Below, piece by piece: positions 26,101 to 45,272 of a stretch of DNA of 64,000 nt. The notes under the pieces were generated by a model. That model was not told the DNA's origin. It was given only the letters and a program-made list of their open reading frames with translations, and did no database searches. This DNA comes from Reclinomonas americana ATCC 50394 (lineage: Eukaryota). The stretch covers positions 1-64,000 of the forward strand of contig PS015093.1 in NCBI GenBank assembly GCA_048213135.1. Reading direction: 5' to 3'. The position numbers and the translations under genes are program-made. How positions within the stretch are numbered: position 1 is the first letter of the stretch; each line of letters opens with the position of its first letter.

Positions 26101-27831
26101 TGCACCACATCCAGCGGCACAAACGGCTCGTACACGGCCGACACCGACGCATCGGCTATCGGCGGCACACGCACACGACGCGGCACATTCTGCCGGCGCA
26201 CCATATCCGTGGACACGACATTCATCACTCCAGCCGGCATCAGCTGCACAGCACCGGGAATCTCCAGTGCTGCGGGCGCCGCAATCACACGCGACTCCTC
26301 CCCACCACCCAAGCGACCCGGCTCGGTGTCGCTGTACACCGCCGCCGGCCGCGAATCACCACCACCCGCATCCACACCGCCGGCCACCACCAGCGCCGGC
26401 GCCACCACCGGCAGACCAGCGGCCGCCGCCTCCTGCGCCTGCTCCTCCTCGTACAAATGATGCAACATGCCCGTTACCACCTGCAGCCGCTGCGTCGCCA
26501 ACGAAACAGACTCGTGCAGTGTGGCACGTCGGCACCATCGACCCTCCGCAATACGCTTCATGTACTTGCTGTTGAGCTCCGAGTGCATGAGTAGGAGGAT
26601 GCCACGGCAGCGTCCCTGCTTGAGCGTGGAGGATGAGAGCGGGGCCACGCACTCGGCCAGCGGCACAGTTTTGCACATTCCGCGGCGGATGCGAGTTTCG
26701 TTGAAGCGGCTGTGCGAAGGGGGAGAAGGGTGAGAGGGGGAAGGGAAGGGGGAAGGGGAATAGGGGGAAGGGAATAGGGGGAAGGGAAGGGGAATAGGCG
26801 GAAGGGAGGGAGAAGGGGGAAGGGGAAGGGGAAGGGGATAGGGGAAGGGGAAGGGCGAAGGAACAGGGGAAGTAAAGTGAAACAGCAAGGGGGAGGGGGA
26901 GGGAGAGGGCAAGGGGCAAGAGGGAAGGGGAAGGGAAGGAAATGGGAAGTTGGAGAGGAGAGAAGATGGAGAAGCGGAGTTTGTGCAGAGAACTGCAAGT
27001 GCAGAATGGGAAGAACACGAGGACGAGGAAGAAGGAGAGGAGGACAAGAACTAGAACTGTGGTAACGCGGAACAAAAGGAAAATCACCAGACTACGAGAA
27101 CAAGACACTGCTGGGAGCAAAAGCGGGAAGCGAATGGAAGGGCATGCAACAATGAGAGCAAGGGAGGTGTACGCAACGCCATGGGATGCGGGTACTGCCC
27201 GCGCGATCCACTCCCCGAGGCCGCTCCGGACGACGACGACGCAGGCGACTGCTGCGCTGCTTCCCCATTCATAGGCACAGACAACGTACGCGCAGGCGCA
27301 GGAGCGGGCCGCCGCTCCCCCGCCTCCTCGTCAAACTCAGCCAGCAACTCGCGCGTGTCTACGACACCAGGCGTGGAGTTCGCCGACGACGAGTGCATGA
27401 CTCCATTCGAAGACGAGGCGTCAAAGTCGCCAGAGTGGTCGTGAAAGTGCGCGCGCTCGGTGAGAACGGCGAGCGCGCTGAGCACGTCTTGAAGACCGTG
27501 CAAGAGACGAGCCTGCGAGAGACGAAATAAGGAGTGAGTTCATGGTGAGATAGTCTCACTGTCTCACGAACGCGGTCTCGCCTTCAAGCGCGATCAAAGT
27601 GACTTCAATTGCGCTTACAGGTGTGACGGAGCGTTCTTTCTCACTCTCTCAAGCTATCCCTGTGTCTCTTATAGTTAGTTACACATGCTCTCTTTTGCTG
27701 TCTAGCACACACAAGTCGCTCCACAAGAGATCAGAATGACTTCAACTGCGCCCATGGCACGACATAGAGCTCGATTCTCAAGGTTCTCTGACTCTCCGCG
27801 CCTCTCTCGCGTACACACATGCTCGCTTATG

Positions 27832-27877
<46 letters not shown>

Positions 27878-27978
27878 GACGCAGAGTCGCACTGGTGAAT
27901 GTCATCAAAGTGACTTCAATTGCACCCAAGGGAGAGACAGAGCGATCTTTCTCTCTCTCTGCGTGTCTCTTACTCATA

Positions 27979-28016
<38 letters not shown>

Positions 28017-28838
28017 CACACACAGTCGCACTTGCGAAAGCGATCAAAGTGACTTCAATTAGAGGCAAGCACGCGAACACATAAACAAAACCTTTCTCAC
28101 ACTCTCACTGCTCCCTCTTGCCCTCTCTCTCACACACACAGAGAGAGAGACGCACACGCACGTCTCGCCTTCAAAAAAGTGCGATCAAAGTGGGTTCAAT
28201 TGGGCCCACGCGTGCGCACAAACAAAATCATTCTCTCATTCGGCCTCTTCCTCTGCGCTCTCTCTCTCTCTCTCTGTGTGTGTAAGTGTGCGTGTGTGTG
28301 AGAGAGAGAGTGTGTGTGTGACAAAGAGAGTTCAATTGCACTCACGCGTGTATCCATGTGATATTCTTTTCCACGTCTCACTCTCTCACACACACACTCT
28401 CCCTCACACACACGCAGACGCCCACCACCTAAAGTGGGGGGGTTCAATTGGGCCCACGCGTGCGCATACTTTCCCACGCTCATCTGTCTGTCCGCCTCCC
28501 CTTCTCCGCCATACACACACACACGCGTGCGCAACTGTGTCCGAGCTCTTCTGCGCCTCCGCGGCATCATCGACTTGCTGCCGCCGCTGCGTAAGCTGCG
28601 CCACAAAGAGAGAGAATACGACCACTTCAATTCGGACCTCGCATGCGCACGTGTCTCTCGGAAGTGGAAAACGCAACTGTGGTTTGCACGAGGCGCGCAA
28701 GTGGTTGCCGCAACTCGTGCTCTCGTAACGTGAACGAGTGCACCCACAAAGTCGGACGCATCGTGCGTGCGTGCGTGGCGGCGATTGAACTGGAGGGTGA
28801 TGGATCGCCGATGGACTGATGCAAGGCACTTTGATCAT
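23158..28838 (-). CDS. Hormone-sensitive-lipase-like alpha/beta hydrolase with long N-terminal region (multi-exon; start uncertain)
   Basis: LLHFHGGGFVAMS, VSVDYSLAPQAKYP, VLVGDSAGGN, LLASIDPM, HPFVSPA, DPLLDDS, GLCHGYANL; the catalytic Ser/Asp/His motifs are present. Confidence 0.85.
27575..28460. repeat. Degenerate tandem array with conserved core gatcaaagtgacttcaattg
   Basis: Core or variants at 27592, 27729, 27903, 28042, 28183, ~28322 and ~28431, separated by divergent CT/CA-rich spacers. Confidence 0.8.
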
Positions 28839-29552
28839 GCTGGTGAGCGGAGGTCGCGTCTCTCACACTCTTTCTTCTGTCTTTCCTCTTGCTCTGCTCT
28901 CTGTGTCTACACAGTGTGCAGTTGCAATCAATTGTCTCATTTCTCTCTCTTTCTTTCGTCACACTCACTCCTCTCTCTCACTCTCCTCTCTTCTCTCTCA
29001 CACACACTCATTCGCATGAGCACTCATACAGCCTCTGTGTCTCATATGCGCACAAGCAGGCTCGGATCCCTCACAAACACTCACTGTGTCAATCTGTCAG
29101 TCTTGTCTCACTCTCCTCTCTCACTCTCCACACACTCTCTCTCTCTCTCACACATGCACACACTCACTTACTCTCTGTGCTTTTCACTTCCTGTCTCACA
29201 TGCGCGAAAACAAGCACACAATGACTCACAAACAATCATTCTGTCAATCTCCACTCTTGTCTCACTCACTCCTCTCTCACTCTCCACCCTCTCTCACACA
29301 CACGTATGCACTCATTACCCATCTGCACTTCTCACTCCCTGTCTCATATGCGCGAAAAAAGCACACAATGACTCACAAACACTCTTTATCTCTTTCTCCC
29401 ACTCTCTTGTCTCTCTTCCGCCCTTGCTCCTCCCTCCCTCTCCCTCTCCTCTGTCCTCTCTCTGTGTGCCTCACACACTGGCGCAATCGGCCTTCGCACA
29501 CGTTCAATGAGAAAAAAGATGCGATTATGCATGACTCTCACTTCTCACTCTC

Positions 29553-34950
<5,398 letters not shown>

Positions 34951-35010
34951 GCCTCTCTCCCATCTCCTCCTCTCGATCGACCAACCAACCACACAGTGAA
35001 TCATTTGTGA

Positions 35011-35608
35011 ATGCATTGGCGCGCGGTGGTGGTCGTCGTCGTGCTGCTGCTCGTGTGTGCTGTCAGTGGAGCACAGGCAGCCGCAGTGGTCATTCACGCC
35101 ACATGCCCAGCAGCAGAGATCTGTCAGTGCACACAGGCAAACAATGTGCCGAATGCTGGTGCGCGCAGAGAGAGGGAAAGGAGAAGGAAGACAACTTGCT
35201 CTCTCTCTCTCTCTGCGTACTTCTTCTTCTTCTTCTTCTTCTCCTCCTCCTCCTCTGCCTCTCACTCACTCTTATGTGTGCTCTCCTCACACAGTGGCCA
35301 CTGCCACTGTCTCTGATGACATGGAGACCACGGGATGGGTGTCTCTGCAGATCATGACCTACAATGTCACGCAGCAGGGCGTGCAAGTCTCCGATGAGCA
35401 ACAGTCGTTTGCAGCTGGTGAGAGGCATGAAGGAGAGAGAGAGAGAGAGAGAAGAAGAAGAAGAAGAAGAAGAAGACTCAATGCCGAACACACAGACACA
35501 CACACACAGAGAAAGAGAGAGAGCGTGTGAGTGAGAGTGAGAGTGTGCGTGAGAGGGAAAGAGAGACAAGCGAGACTGAATGCCGAACACTCACAAACAC
35601 ACACACAC

Positions 35609-35656
<48 letters not shown>

Positions 35657-38036
35657 GAGGCAGAACAAGTGAGGCACGAGACTTACAAACAACACACTCC
35701 ATCGCTCACTCATTCACCTTCCTTTTTCTCCCTCCCACTTCCCCTTTTCTCCACCTTCCCCTTTCCTCCCCCTTCCCCTTTTCTCCTCCCCTTTCCCTCC
35801 CTCGCCAGGCTTCGTCGAGGCCTGCGCAACCGCCACGCGCATTGGCCAGTTCGTCACCAACATGCGGGCGCATCTCTTCAACACGGTGGATGCGATGCCG
35901 AGCAATGTCGCCGACTATCTCTGGAAGAACTATGTCTACGTGCTGCGCCAGTCCACGCTTTATGTTGCGCTCGTTGGTCGTCTCCTGGATTTGCTTGCAG
36001 TCAGTCGTGCTCATGGAGGGCGGTGTGAACAACAGGGGCCCTCAGATGCCTTCTGGTATCAAGCGGGACTGCTGTTGTCGCAGGTGCGCGGTCTGCAGCA
36101 GGGCTACGCGAGTGTGGCGGATCCGCAGAGTGTTGCGTGCCCCAGCTTCCTGATCTAGATTCGTCTTCGCTGCTCATTGTGAGTGCGTCACGTGGCAGCC
36201 GGTGCTGTCGCTCGTCGATTTCTTGTTTGTGCAAGCGGCCAGTGAGACGGAGGATATCATGTCGCACTTGAATCCGCAGCCGCTGGCGGAGCGGTTGAGC
36301 CGCATGAATGAGCACGAGCTGCGCGATTACACCGAGGTCAACGGGCATTGCACGTCGCTGATCAAGGTGCGGAGTTGGAAACAATTCTCACCTTCTCATC
36401 TCCCCTGCCCCCTCTTGCGTTGTGACTCCTTCTGCAGTGTAGTGCACTACTATTATTCATTTCTCTCTTTCTCTCTCCCTCTCTCCCTCCCCAACGCGTT
36501 GCTGTTGGCAAAGGAAGTGGCATTCATGTTCTCTGTCTTGCGCAGATCACTCCCGATGGGTCCGACCTGCTTGTGGCACACAACACATGGTATGCTCGCT
36601 CGGTTTCGCAGTCTGTGAGTTTTAACTCCTCACCAACCACTGGCAGGGTGTGGTTCACGCAAATGCTGCGTGTGTACAAAAAGTACACGCTGCAGTTCCA
36701 CTCGCTGGCCTCTGCCGGGCCCGGCTTCCGCATGTCCATGTCGTCGTATCCGGGCTCGTTGAGCTCGCTGGATGACTGGTGAGTATGGTGGAGATGCGGC
36801 TGTGGAATCACATTCTTCTCACCTTGATGCACAGGCTCATCTCCTCCAACAAGCTGGTGATTCTCGAGACCACCAACCTGGTGCGTGTGTGTGTGCATGA
36901 GAGGTTACCAACTCTATCTCTCATGCCCCTACCGCAGATCTTCAACACGTCGCTGTACACGGTGCTGCAACCGGCAGCCTCGTTCACCTGGGCGCGCTCG
37001 GTGATTGCCACTCGTCTCGCCAAGACCGGTGTCGAGTGGGCCACTCTGTTCCAGCGCGAGAACTCGGGCACGGTGTGTGTGGCGCACAGTTTTTTCTCTG
37101 GCTTGCGCGTGCGGCTGACATTTCCGTGCAGTACAACAACATGTGGCAGATTGTCGACATGAAGAAGTTCGTGCCGGGCAACACCAAGCCGGCGGCCAAC
37201 TCCGGTCTGTTGTATGTCCTCGAGCAGACACCGGTGTTTTTCCGCGGGTGCGTGTGCCTCTCGTCTGTGGCTGTGCTTGTTGTCATCAACGCACTGATGC
37301 GAGCTCGCGCTGCTGCAGTGGTGACCAGTCGGCGTTCCTGTCTTATGGTATGCGTGTGTCAGCCTGTTCTCATCTGCAATTCACATCTACCTCACTCCTC
37401 TCCATGTGCTGCAGATTCGCTGGGCTACTTCCCGAGTTACAATCGCCCGCTGAACAGGGACGTGTACCAAGTGATGGGCTACGCTTCGGAGGTGAAGATC
37501 TGGGGCGACTTTTGGACGTGGAGCGCCAATCCGCGAGCCAAGATCATTGCGCGCGATCAGGGCAAGGTGGTCGACGTGGAGAGCATGAAGCGATTGATCT
37601 GGGAGAACAACTGGCAGAATGATCCGCTCTCCGAAGGCAATGCCGTGGTGCGTGCCTCTCTTCAAGTCGCTTGTTCCGTGTCACTCAGCCATCTCACGGC
37701 TCACCTCGCTGCAGAATCAACTGTGCGCACGCAGCGACCTCGTCACCAACCCCAATGAGAAGAACTTTGATCTGGTGAAGCGGCCGCACGGTTGCATCGA
37801 CGGCAAGGTGACGTCGTTCCGAAGCGTCCACAATGGCGAGCAGGCGGAGGCTGTGTCCGGACCATCGCATCAGGTGCGCAGAGCTCTGTGGTGAACTCTG
37901 TTGCGTATCGCATCACATCTAACTCTCGACTGCCACACAGAGTCAGCAACCGTTCAGCTGGTCCGCCTCCGGGTTCGACAAGTACGTGCATGTGGGACAG
38001 CCTGATGTGTGGGCCTTTGACTGGATGATAATGTAA
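35011..38036 (+). CDS. Phospholipase B-like (PLBD, Ntn-hydrolase) precursor
   Basis: Signal peptide MHWRAVVVVVVLLLVCAVSG; GHCTSLIK, LVAHNTW, MSSYPG, LETTN, ENSGT|YNNMWQIVD, YFPSYNRP, NPRAKI, CARSDL, GCIDGK, HVGQPDVWAFDW. Confidence 0.92.
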
Positions 38037-38059
38037 CCCCACGGTCACGCGTGTCGTAT

Positions 38060-39657
38060 TCACTCGTCCGCCTGTGTTCCCCGTGATGCCTCCAGCGCAT
38101 CTCGCACCGCTGCAATGCTGGAAGCCAGTGCCTGCTGCTGCAGCGGCAAGAACTCGAACTGGAAGAACCCGTGCACAGCGTCGTCGTGGTCGAAGTGCAG
38201 GTGTGACACCCACACACCGGCCTCCTTTAGCTTGCCGACATACGTGTGGCCGTCGTCACTCATCGGATCGGCCTTGCCACTGACCATCACTCTGCTCACC
38301 CAGACGTGTCAGACAAGGACGGGAACATTCTTCGCACCTGACAACGCAACGTTGGTGGCAACTCAGCCATGGAGGCCGCCTGCATCGGAGCCACTCGCCA
38401 GTCCTCTCGTGCCACACGCATGCGCTCCTCCAGATTGTCCCCGAGGTACGCAGCACTGAAAAAAGTGCACACAAACTGCGGTAGCACGTACGCATCGCCG
38501 CCTAATTTGTCGAACGACGGAGTGTCTGCGACCCACAGGCCGGGGTAGCTGGAGAGAGGGATTAGGGTTGAAGAAAACACGCCTTAGTGTACAGCACGAC
38601 GCAACATCAGCAGCTGTGCGTTGATGCGTGGTGGCGGCTGCACGCATGCCGGCTTCATGTTCACTTGCAACGCATCACGTGCCAACAATGACAGCACGGC
38701 AGTCAGGTTGCCGCCAGCACTGTCACCTCCCACGGCAATCTGACTTGCCGGACTGCACACTTGCGATGAACAAGGGAGGTGAAAGAGCGCAAAAAGGACG
38801 CAAGCGGACGCAACTCGACGAGCGACAAGACACCACGGCCACGATTCACTGACACCCACTCGAGAGCCGTGTAACAATCCTGCGCAATCGAGCGAGTGAG
38901 TGAGAAGGGCCACTTCAATGCAAGGGGAGATCGAGTAAAACGCACCTCGAGTCCACGCGGGAACTTGTGCTCCGGCGACAACCGATACTCCACCGAGACC
39001 ACCACCGCAGGCAGTCGCGTCGCCAAGTCGCGACACAATCGATCGTACGAGATATCCGAGGCGTGGTTGATCACATACCCTGCAGAACCACACAGCGACT
39101 GAGACAAGGCCAGAAGAAGAGGGTCCACTGCAGCTGTCATCTGCGTGCCACACCTCCTCCATGAATGTACACAAACACCGGCAGCCCGTCTCCCGTCCCT
39201 GGATTGAAGACTCGCACCGGAACTTCCACACCCTCCCTCTCTCCAGCCTCGCCTGCAGCACACGGACTACGCACAGTAACATCCCTTGATGCCACTCTCA
39301 TCACCTTTCCCTCTGCGCCTGCTGCATGTTCCACAAAGACCCAGTCACGATCAATGTCACGAGTGGTCGGAGGAACCGCGCGCTGCAGTCTCTCAAAGCA
39401 CTCGCGGCTGAACAGTGACGCATCGGCACCATACATGCCGCACTTCCAGAACATGAGACGCGCGACAACCTGCACAACAGCAATGCAGAGTGCGACAGTC
39501 AAGAGAAAGAAGAACATCGCGATCTTCTTCATGCACACATGTCAGCAACATCAACAAGTCGCAGTCTCCAGTGCGTGCTGTCTTTCCGCGTGCCCAGGTA
39601 CACGGCCACAAGAAGCACCAGTGCAGTGACGACCACCAGCGCGCGTCGGAGAAACAT
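38060..39657 (-). CDS. GDXG-family esterase/lipase (Abhydrolase_3, AADAC-like), tandem copy A
   Basis: N-terminal anchor MFLRRALVVVTALVLLVAVYLG; VYIHGGG, VSVEYRLSPEHKFP, GGDSAGGNL, DPMSDDG, VHGFF. Confidence 0.9.
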
Positions 39658-39799
39658 TTTTGTGAGAACTGCAGTAAGGACAGGACTTGTACGTCTTATT
39701 CTTCCTGGCGACTGCCATGTGCACGACAAGTACGTGCATGCGTGGCATTTGGATGTTGAGGAGACCATAGTGACGCTCGTGCAGCATTCTACGTTGTTT

Positions 39800-41386
39800 T
39801 CACTCCTCGACCACCTTCGAGCTTCGAGACACCTCCAGGGCTTCACGAATCGCTGCAATGCTGGAGGCCAGTGCCTGCTGCTGCAGCGGCAGGAACCACA
39901 ACTGGAAGAAGCCGTGCACAGCGTCGTCGTGGTCGTAGTGCAAGTGCGACACCCACACGCCGGCCTCCTTTAGCTTGCCCACATACATGTGGCCTTCGTC
40001 GTTCAGCGGGTCCGGCGTGCCGGTGATCATCACCCTGCTCACCCAGGCGTGTTAGCGATGACGCTACAGCACCTGCACCACACAGGCGACGCAACGTGGG
40101 TGGCAGCTCAGCCATGGAGGCCGCCTGCATCGGTGCCACTCGCCAGTCCTCTTGCATCATGCGCATGCGCTCGTCGAAATCGTCGCCGAGGTACGCCGCG
40201 TTGAAGAAACGGCATACGTACTGCGGCAGCACGTACGCATCGTCGCCCAGTCGGTGGAACGATGGGCTGTCCACCACACGCAGACCGGGGTAACTGGAGA
40301 GAGTCAGTGAGATAGCAATCGCGGAGAGGGTTAGCGCGCAGAACGCCACACGCAACATGAGCAGCTGCGCGTCGATGCGTGGTGGCGGCTGCACGCACGC
40401 TGGCTTCATGTTCACTTGCAGTGCATCGCGTGCGAGAAGCGACAGCACAGCACTCAAGTTGCCGCCAGCACTGTCGCCTCCCACTGCAATCTGACCCGCC
40501 GGACTGCACGCGCGGCGAATGAGAGAAAGACCGCGAGAGTGAAGGGCAGGAGAGCAGGCGCAACTCGGCAAGCGACAAGACACCGCGGCCACGATTCACC
40601 GACACCCACTCCAGTGCCGTGTAACAATCCTGCGTAAACGAGCGAGTGAGAAGGGCCTCGCCAGCGCACACTGCATGATGCCAACCAACCTCCAATCCAC
40701 GGGGGAACTTGTGCTCCGGAGACAGTCGGTACTCCACCGAGACCACCACTGCAGGCAGTCGCGTGGCCAAGTCGCGACACAATCGATCGTAGGAGATATC
40801 CGAGGCGTGGTTGATGACATGCCCTGCAGAGCGACTGAGACAAGGCCACGGGAGGGCCCACACTGCACTAGCAGCATACCTCCTCCGTGAATGTACACAA
40901 ACACCGGCAGCTTCTCGCCCTTCTCCGGCACATAGACGCGCACGGGAACTTGCACGCCCTCCCTCTCCCCAGCCTCGCCTGCAGCACACGGACTGTGCAC
41001 ATTGATATCCCGAGATGCCACTCGCATCACCTTCCCATCCGAGCCTGCAGAATGCTCCACAAACACCCAGTCTTTATCGCTGTCTCGCGAGGTGACAGCC
41101 GCTGTCGTGTACGAAGGCGCCAAATGCCGCAAATTCTCAAAGCATTCGCGGCTGAACAGTGACGTGTCGGCACCGTACATGCCGCACTTCCAAAACGCGA
41201 AACGCGCGGCCATCTGCACGCCATAAAACATGAGGAAACGAGGAAACGTCGCGACGTTTTTTTCTTCACGAATGCAACATCAACGAGTCGAAGTCGCCAG
41301 TGCGTGCTGTCTTTGCGCGTGCCCAAGTACACGGCCACGAGCAGTACCAGTGCAGTGATGACCACCAGCGCACGTCGGAGGAACAT
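39800..41386 (-). CDS. GDXG-family esterase/lipase, tandem copy B
   Basis: Same motifs and intron positions as copy A: VYIHGGG, GGDSAGGNL, DPLNDEG, VHGFF. Confidence 0.9.
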
Positions 41387-41482
41387 TGTTGTGTGCGCGC
41401 AGGACACGCGACGTGGACAGACTCGCGCGCGGATATCATCACTCACTGTCTTGCGTGCAAGAGAGAGCGACACACCACCGCC

Positions 41483-44400
41483 ATGACGCTGCTCCTGCAG
41501 AGGAGATGGTGGCGCGGAGGAGGAGGAGGAGGAGGAGTGACAGTGACAGTGAGAGCGAGTGTGATTGTGTTGATGATGATGACTGTGATGATGATGATGT
41601 GTGTCATGTGTGAGAGTGTGAGTGCGGTGCGAGTGGTGGCGACTGTGGACGAGGCGCAGCAGCAGAGTGGTGCCAGCTGGCAGGGAGACTGGTCACAGGC
41701 GCAGACAGTGTCAGGTGAGAGAGAGAGTCAAATCATGCTGCACGAGGACAGCTTGGTCAGTGAAGGAAAGAGAGAGAGAGACTGCAGAGAGCACACTCAC
41801 ACTCCCTCCCTCACACGCACACGCACTCTCCCTCTCTCCACTCTCCCTCGATTCCTACATGTGTAATCGGTCTTCTGTAGAGAGCTCTGATTGTGTTTTC
41901 GCGCGAAATTCGCAGGGACTGCGCTGTCGCGGCGTCAGTCGTTCCCGTGTCTGTTTGAGGGCTCTGCGCTGGTTGGAGGGAGCGATGTGGACGACGAATC
42001 GACGTTTGTGTGCACTGATCTGCCACCAATGTCGGTGGGGGCGCGAGGCGGCGGTCATCGCGTGCAAGTGCGTGTGACGACGGCGGAGGGGCAGCAGAGG
42101 GCGGCTGGTTTGGTGGGCTTTGATGTGGAGCTGTGTGCGGTGTCGGGCGTGGAGGGTCGTGTGCCGCAGTGTGTGCGCGAGGCGAATGTGCAGGAGGTGG
42201 ACTGGCCGCAGGCGGAGGCCGTGCATCGGCATCCGTCGGACGCGTTTGATGGGTTCTACGTGCTGCGCATTCGTCGGTCTGCGGCCACGACGTCACCGGC
42301 ACTGGTGGGCGTCTCGTTCCATGTGGACTCGGGCGCCAGTGAACGCATTCTGCCGCTCGGTGAGTGTGTGGAAGAAGAAGAAAAAAGGGTGATGGGGTGG
42401 CAAGTGATCTCAACCAACCCTGTTCATGCAGACAACATTCTGACGCTGGACGAGGAGGAGGTGGTCTCTGAGCCGGATAGCGTTGACGATCCAGTCACAA
42501 CCGACACCACCAAGTCGGGCCAACAGACGTCGACAACGACCACGGGATCGACGACGGCGACGACGGTGACAGGCCGTGCGCCGGGAGTTGTCCGCTACAT
42601 GGTTGTGGTGAACGTGACGCAGACGAGTGCCAAGTTGAAGATCGGCACGGCGATGACCAGCGGTGGATCACCAGTCAAGGGCTACCGTGTGGTGCTGTCG
42701 ACTGTGCAAGACAAGGTCGAGGTGACGTCGAAAGATCTGGCTGTGAATCAGCGCGAGATGGATGTTGTCGGTGAGCGAGTGAGACTGTCAACTACAGATG
42801 GTGTGATCTCAGGCTCGCGTGGTGCTCACCTGCCTTCTTTTGTGCAGACTTGTCCCCAGGCACGCGTTACGAAGCGACTGTGGCTGCCTTCAACGCCGTT
42901 GGTACGGGGCAGAAGCGCCGCGCGACGTTCTCGACCAAGGCAGATCCGAGCCAGGTGTGCTGCATGTCGTTGCTCTTTTTCTGGGACTGTGGTGATGGCG
43001 TGCTTAATGACTTGTGAAATACAACAGGCTCCCCCGCCGCCTCCACCACCACCGACATCTACGTCGACGACAGCGACAGCGACGGCAAACAATACCAACA
43101 AGGACAACGGCAGCAAGACCACCAACACGTCGACTACAAGTACATCGTCGAGCAACAACAACAACAACAACAACACCACCACCAACAACAGCAAGAACAC
43201 CAACAGCAGCAGCAGCAACAACAACAGCAACAACAAGACTGCCACCGCAACTGCATCGGCTAACAGCAGCAGCAAGTCGAATGACAACAAGTCAACCACT
43301 GACAGCAAGTCATCGAGCGACAACAAGGCGTCCTCCGACAAGAAGAGTGATGACAGTGCACCTCCGTCCCCACCTCCACCCCCACCGCCACCGCCACCGC
43401 CACCTCCACCGCCACCGCCACCCCCTTCCTCTCCATCGTCGAACTCATCCAGTGGGTCGTCTTCGTCGTCTTCAGGGACGAAGAAGGACAAGTCGAAGGA
43501 TGACGACCCAATGCCAGCCCCGCCTTCGGACAAGGACTCATCGGCAGGCGATGCGCCACCGCAGCAGCCGCCACCGTCCAATTCGGGAGCTGGATCAGGC
43601 AGCACAGGGCAGAATGGTTCAGCGNNNNNNNNNNNNNNNNNNNNNNNNNNNNNNNNNNNNNNNNNNNNNNNNNNNNNNNNNNNNNNNNNNNNNNNNNNNN
43701 NNNNNNNNNNNNNNNNNNNNNNNNNNNNNNNNNNNNNNNNNNNNNNNNNNNNNNCAGCAGCAGCAGCAGCAGCAGGGAGGATCGCAGAAGAATGGTAATT
43801 CAGGACAGCCACCGCAACAGCAACAGCAGCAACAGCAACAAGGGCCACCGGGGCAACAGCAACAGCAGCAGCAGCAGCAGCAGCAGCAAGGACCACCGTG
43901 GCAGCAACAGCAAGGCCCTCCATGGCAACAGCAGCAGCAACAGGGACCTCCGTGGCAACAGCAACAGGGCGGGCCACCATGGCAGCAAGACCAACAGCAA
44001 GGGCAAGATCAACAGCAAGGGCAAGATCAACAAGGTCCACCTTGGCAGCAACAACAAGGACAACAAGGCCCACCGATGCAGCAGGGGCAGCAGGGTCCTC
44101 CGATGCAGCAAGGGCAAGGGCAGCAGGGTCCGCCGATGCAGCAAGGGNNNNNNNNNNNNNNNNNNNNNNNNNNNNNNNNNNNNNNNNNNNNNNNNNNNNN
44201 NNNNNNNNNNNNNNNNNNNNNNNNNNNNNNNNNNNNNNNNNNNNNNNNNNNNNNNNNNNNNNNNNNNNNNNNNNNNNNNNNNNNNNNNNNNNNNNNNNNN
44301 NNNNNNNNNNNNNNNNNNNNNNNNNNNNNNNNNNNNNNNNNNNNNNNNNNNNNNNNNNNNNNNNNNNNNNNNNNNNNNNNNNNNNNNNNNNNNNNNNNNN

Positions 44401-45209
44401 NNNNNNNNNNNNNNNNNNNNNNNNNNNNNNNNNNNNNNNNNNNNNNNNNNNNNNNNNNNNNNNNNNNNNNNNNNNNNNNNNNNNNNNNNNNNNNNNNNNN
44501 NNNNNNNNNNNNNNNNNNNNNNNNNNNNNNNNNNNNNNNNNNNNNNNNNNNNNNNNNNNNNNNNNNNNNNNNNNNNNNNNNNNNNNNNNNNNNNNNNNNN
44601 NNNNNNNNNNNNNNNNNNNNNCAAGGGCAACAGGGTCCTCCGATGCAACAGCAACAACAGGGGCCGCCACCACCCGATCAAACGGAGCAGCAGCAGGGCC
44701 CGCCTCCGGACGAGTCGCAGCACCAGAGCGATGGCGGCGAGGAGCCGCATTTGCAGGCGGCGGAGTTGCAGCGGCACCGCACTTCATTCCTCTTCCCGAG
44801 TGAGATGGGCCGCCTGCAGCAATCCACCGACGAGGTCCTCAGTCGGGTGGCCGACATGGCGCGTCGCGTGAGGCGCCTCGACGAAGCCGTCACCGGCGAG
44901 CAACACCAAGACCTGGCCGACGAGGAGCACGACGTGGTACAACTATCAGAAGACGACCTGTCCGCTCGCCATCAGCAAGGAGGTGAAGAAGAAGAAGAAG
45001 AAGAAGGCGAGGAGGAAAGCATCGACGACGAGGAACTCCTGCTGCAGCTGGCCGAGGTGCAACGTCGCCGAAGTCTGCGGCGGCATCGACGTCAACAGAA
45101 CCGCGGACGGAAAGCTCGTTTGCCTTTCAGTCGACACCGTCTGCGTCGTCGCCACCGGCGGCAAAAGCACAAGAAACAGCTCCGCCATCGTCGCAAGCTT
45201 GCTGTATAA
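41483..45209 (+). CDS. Putative secreted FN3-domain protein with Thr/Asn/Ser/Pro-rich linker, QQQGPP(W/M) repeats and acidic then basic tail (two gaps inside)
   Basis: Hydrophobic N-terminal segment; FN3-like APGVVRYMVVVNVTQTSAKLK...GGSPVKGYRV...|DLSPGTRYEATVAAFNAVGTG; low-complexity C-terminal half. Confidence 0.7.
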
Positions 45210-45272
45210 AACATTTGCGATATTTGAAGCGGACAACAAAAACAGCAAGTCTTTTCTCTCGGGTCGCCTCTC

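Noticed and set aside
27575-28460. CRISPR array
   Set aside because: The repeats are degenerate, the spacers are over 100 nt and microsatellite-rich, there are no cas genes, and the context is eukaryotic.
42826-44803. Long minus-strand and alternate-frame ORFs over the Gln-rich region
   Set aside because: Artefacts of CAG/CAA repeats and N gaps.
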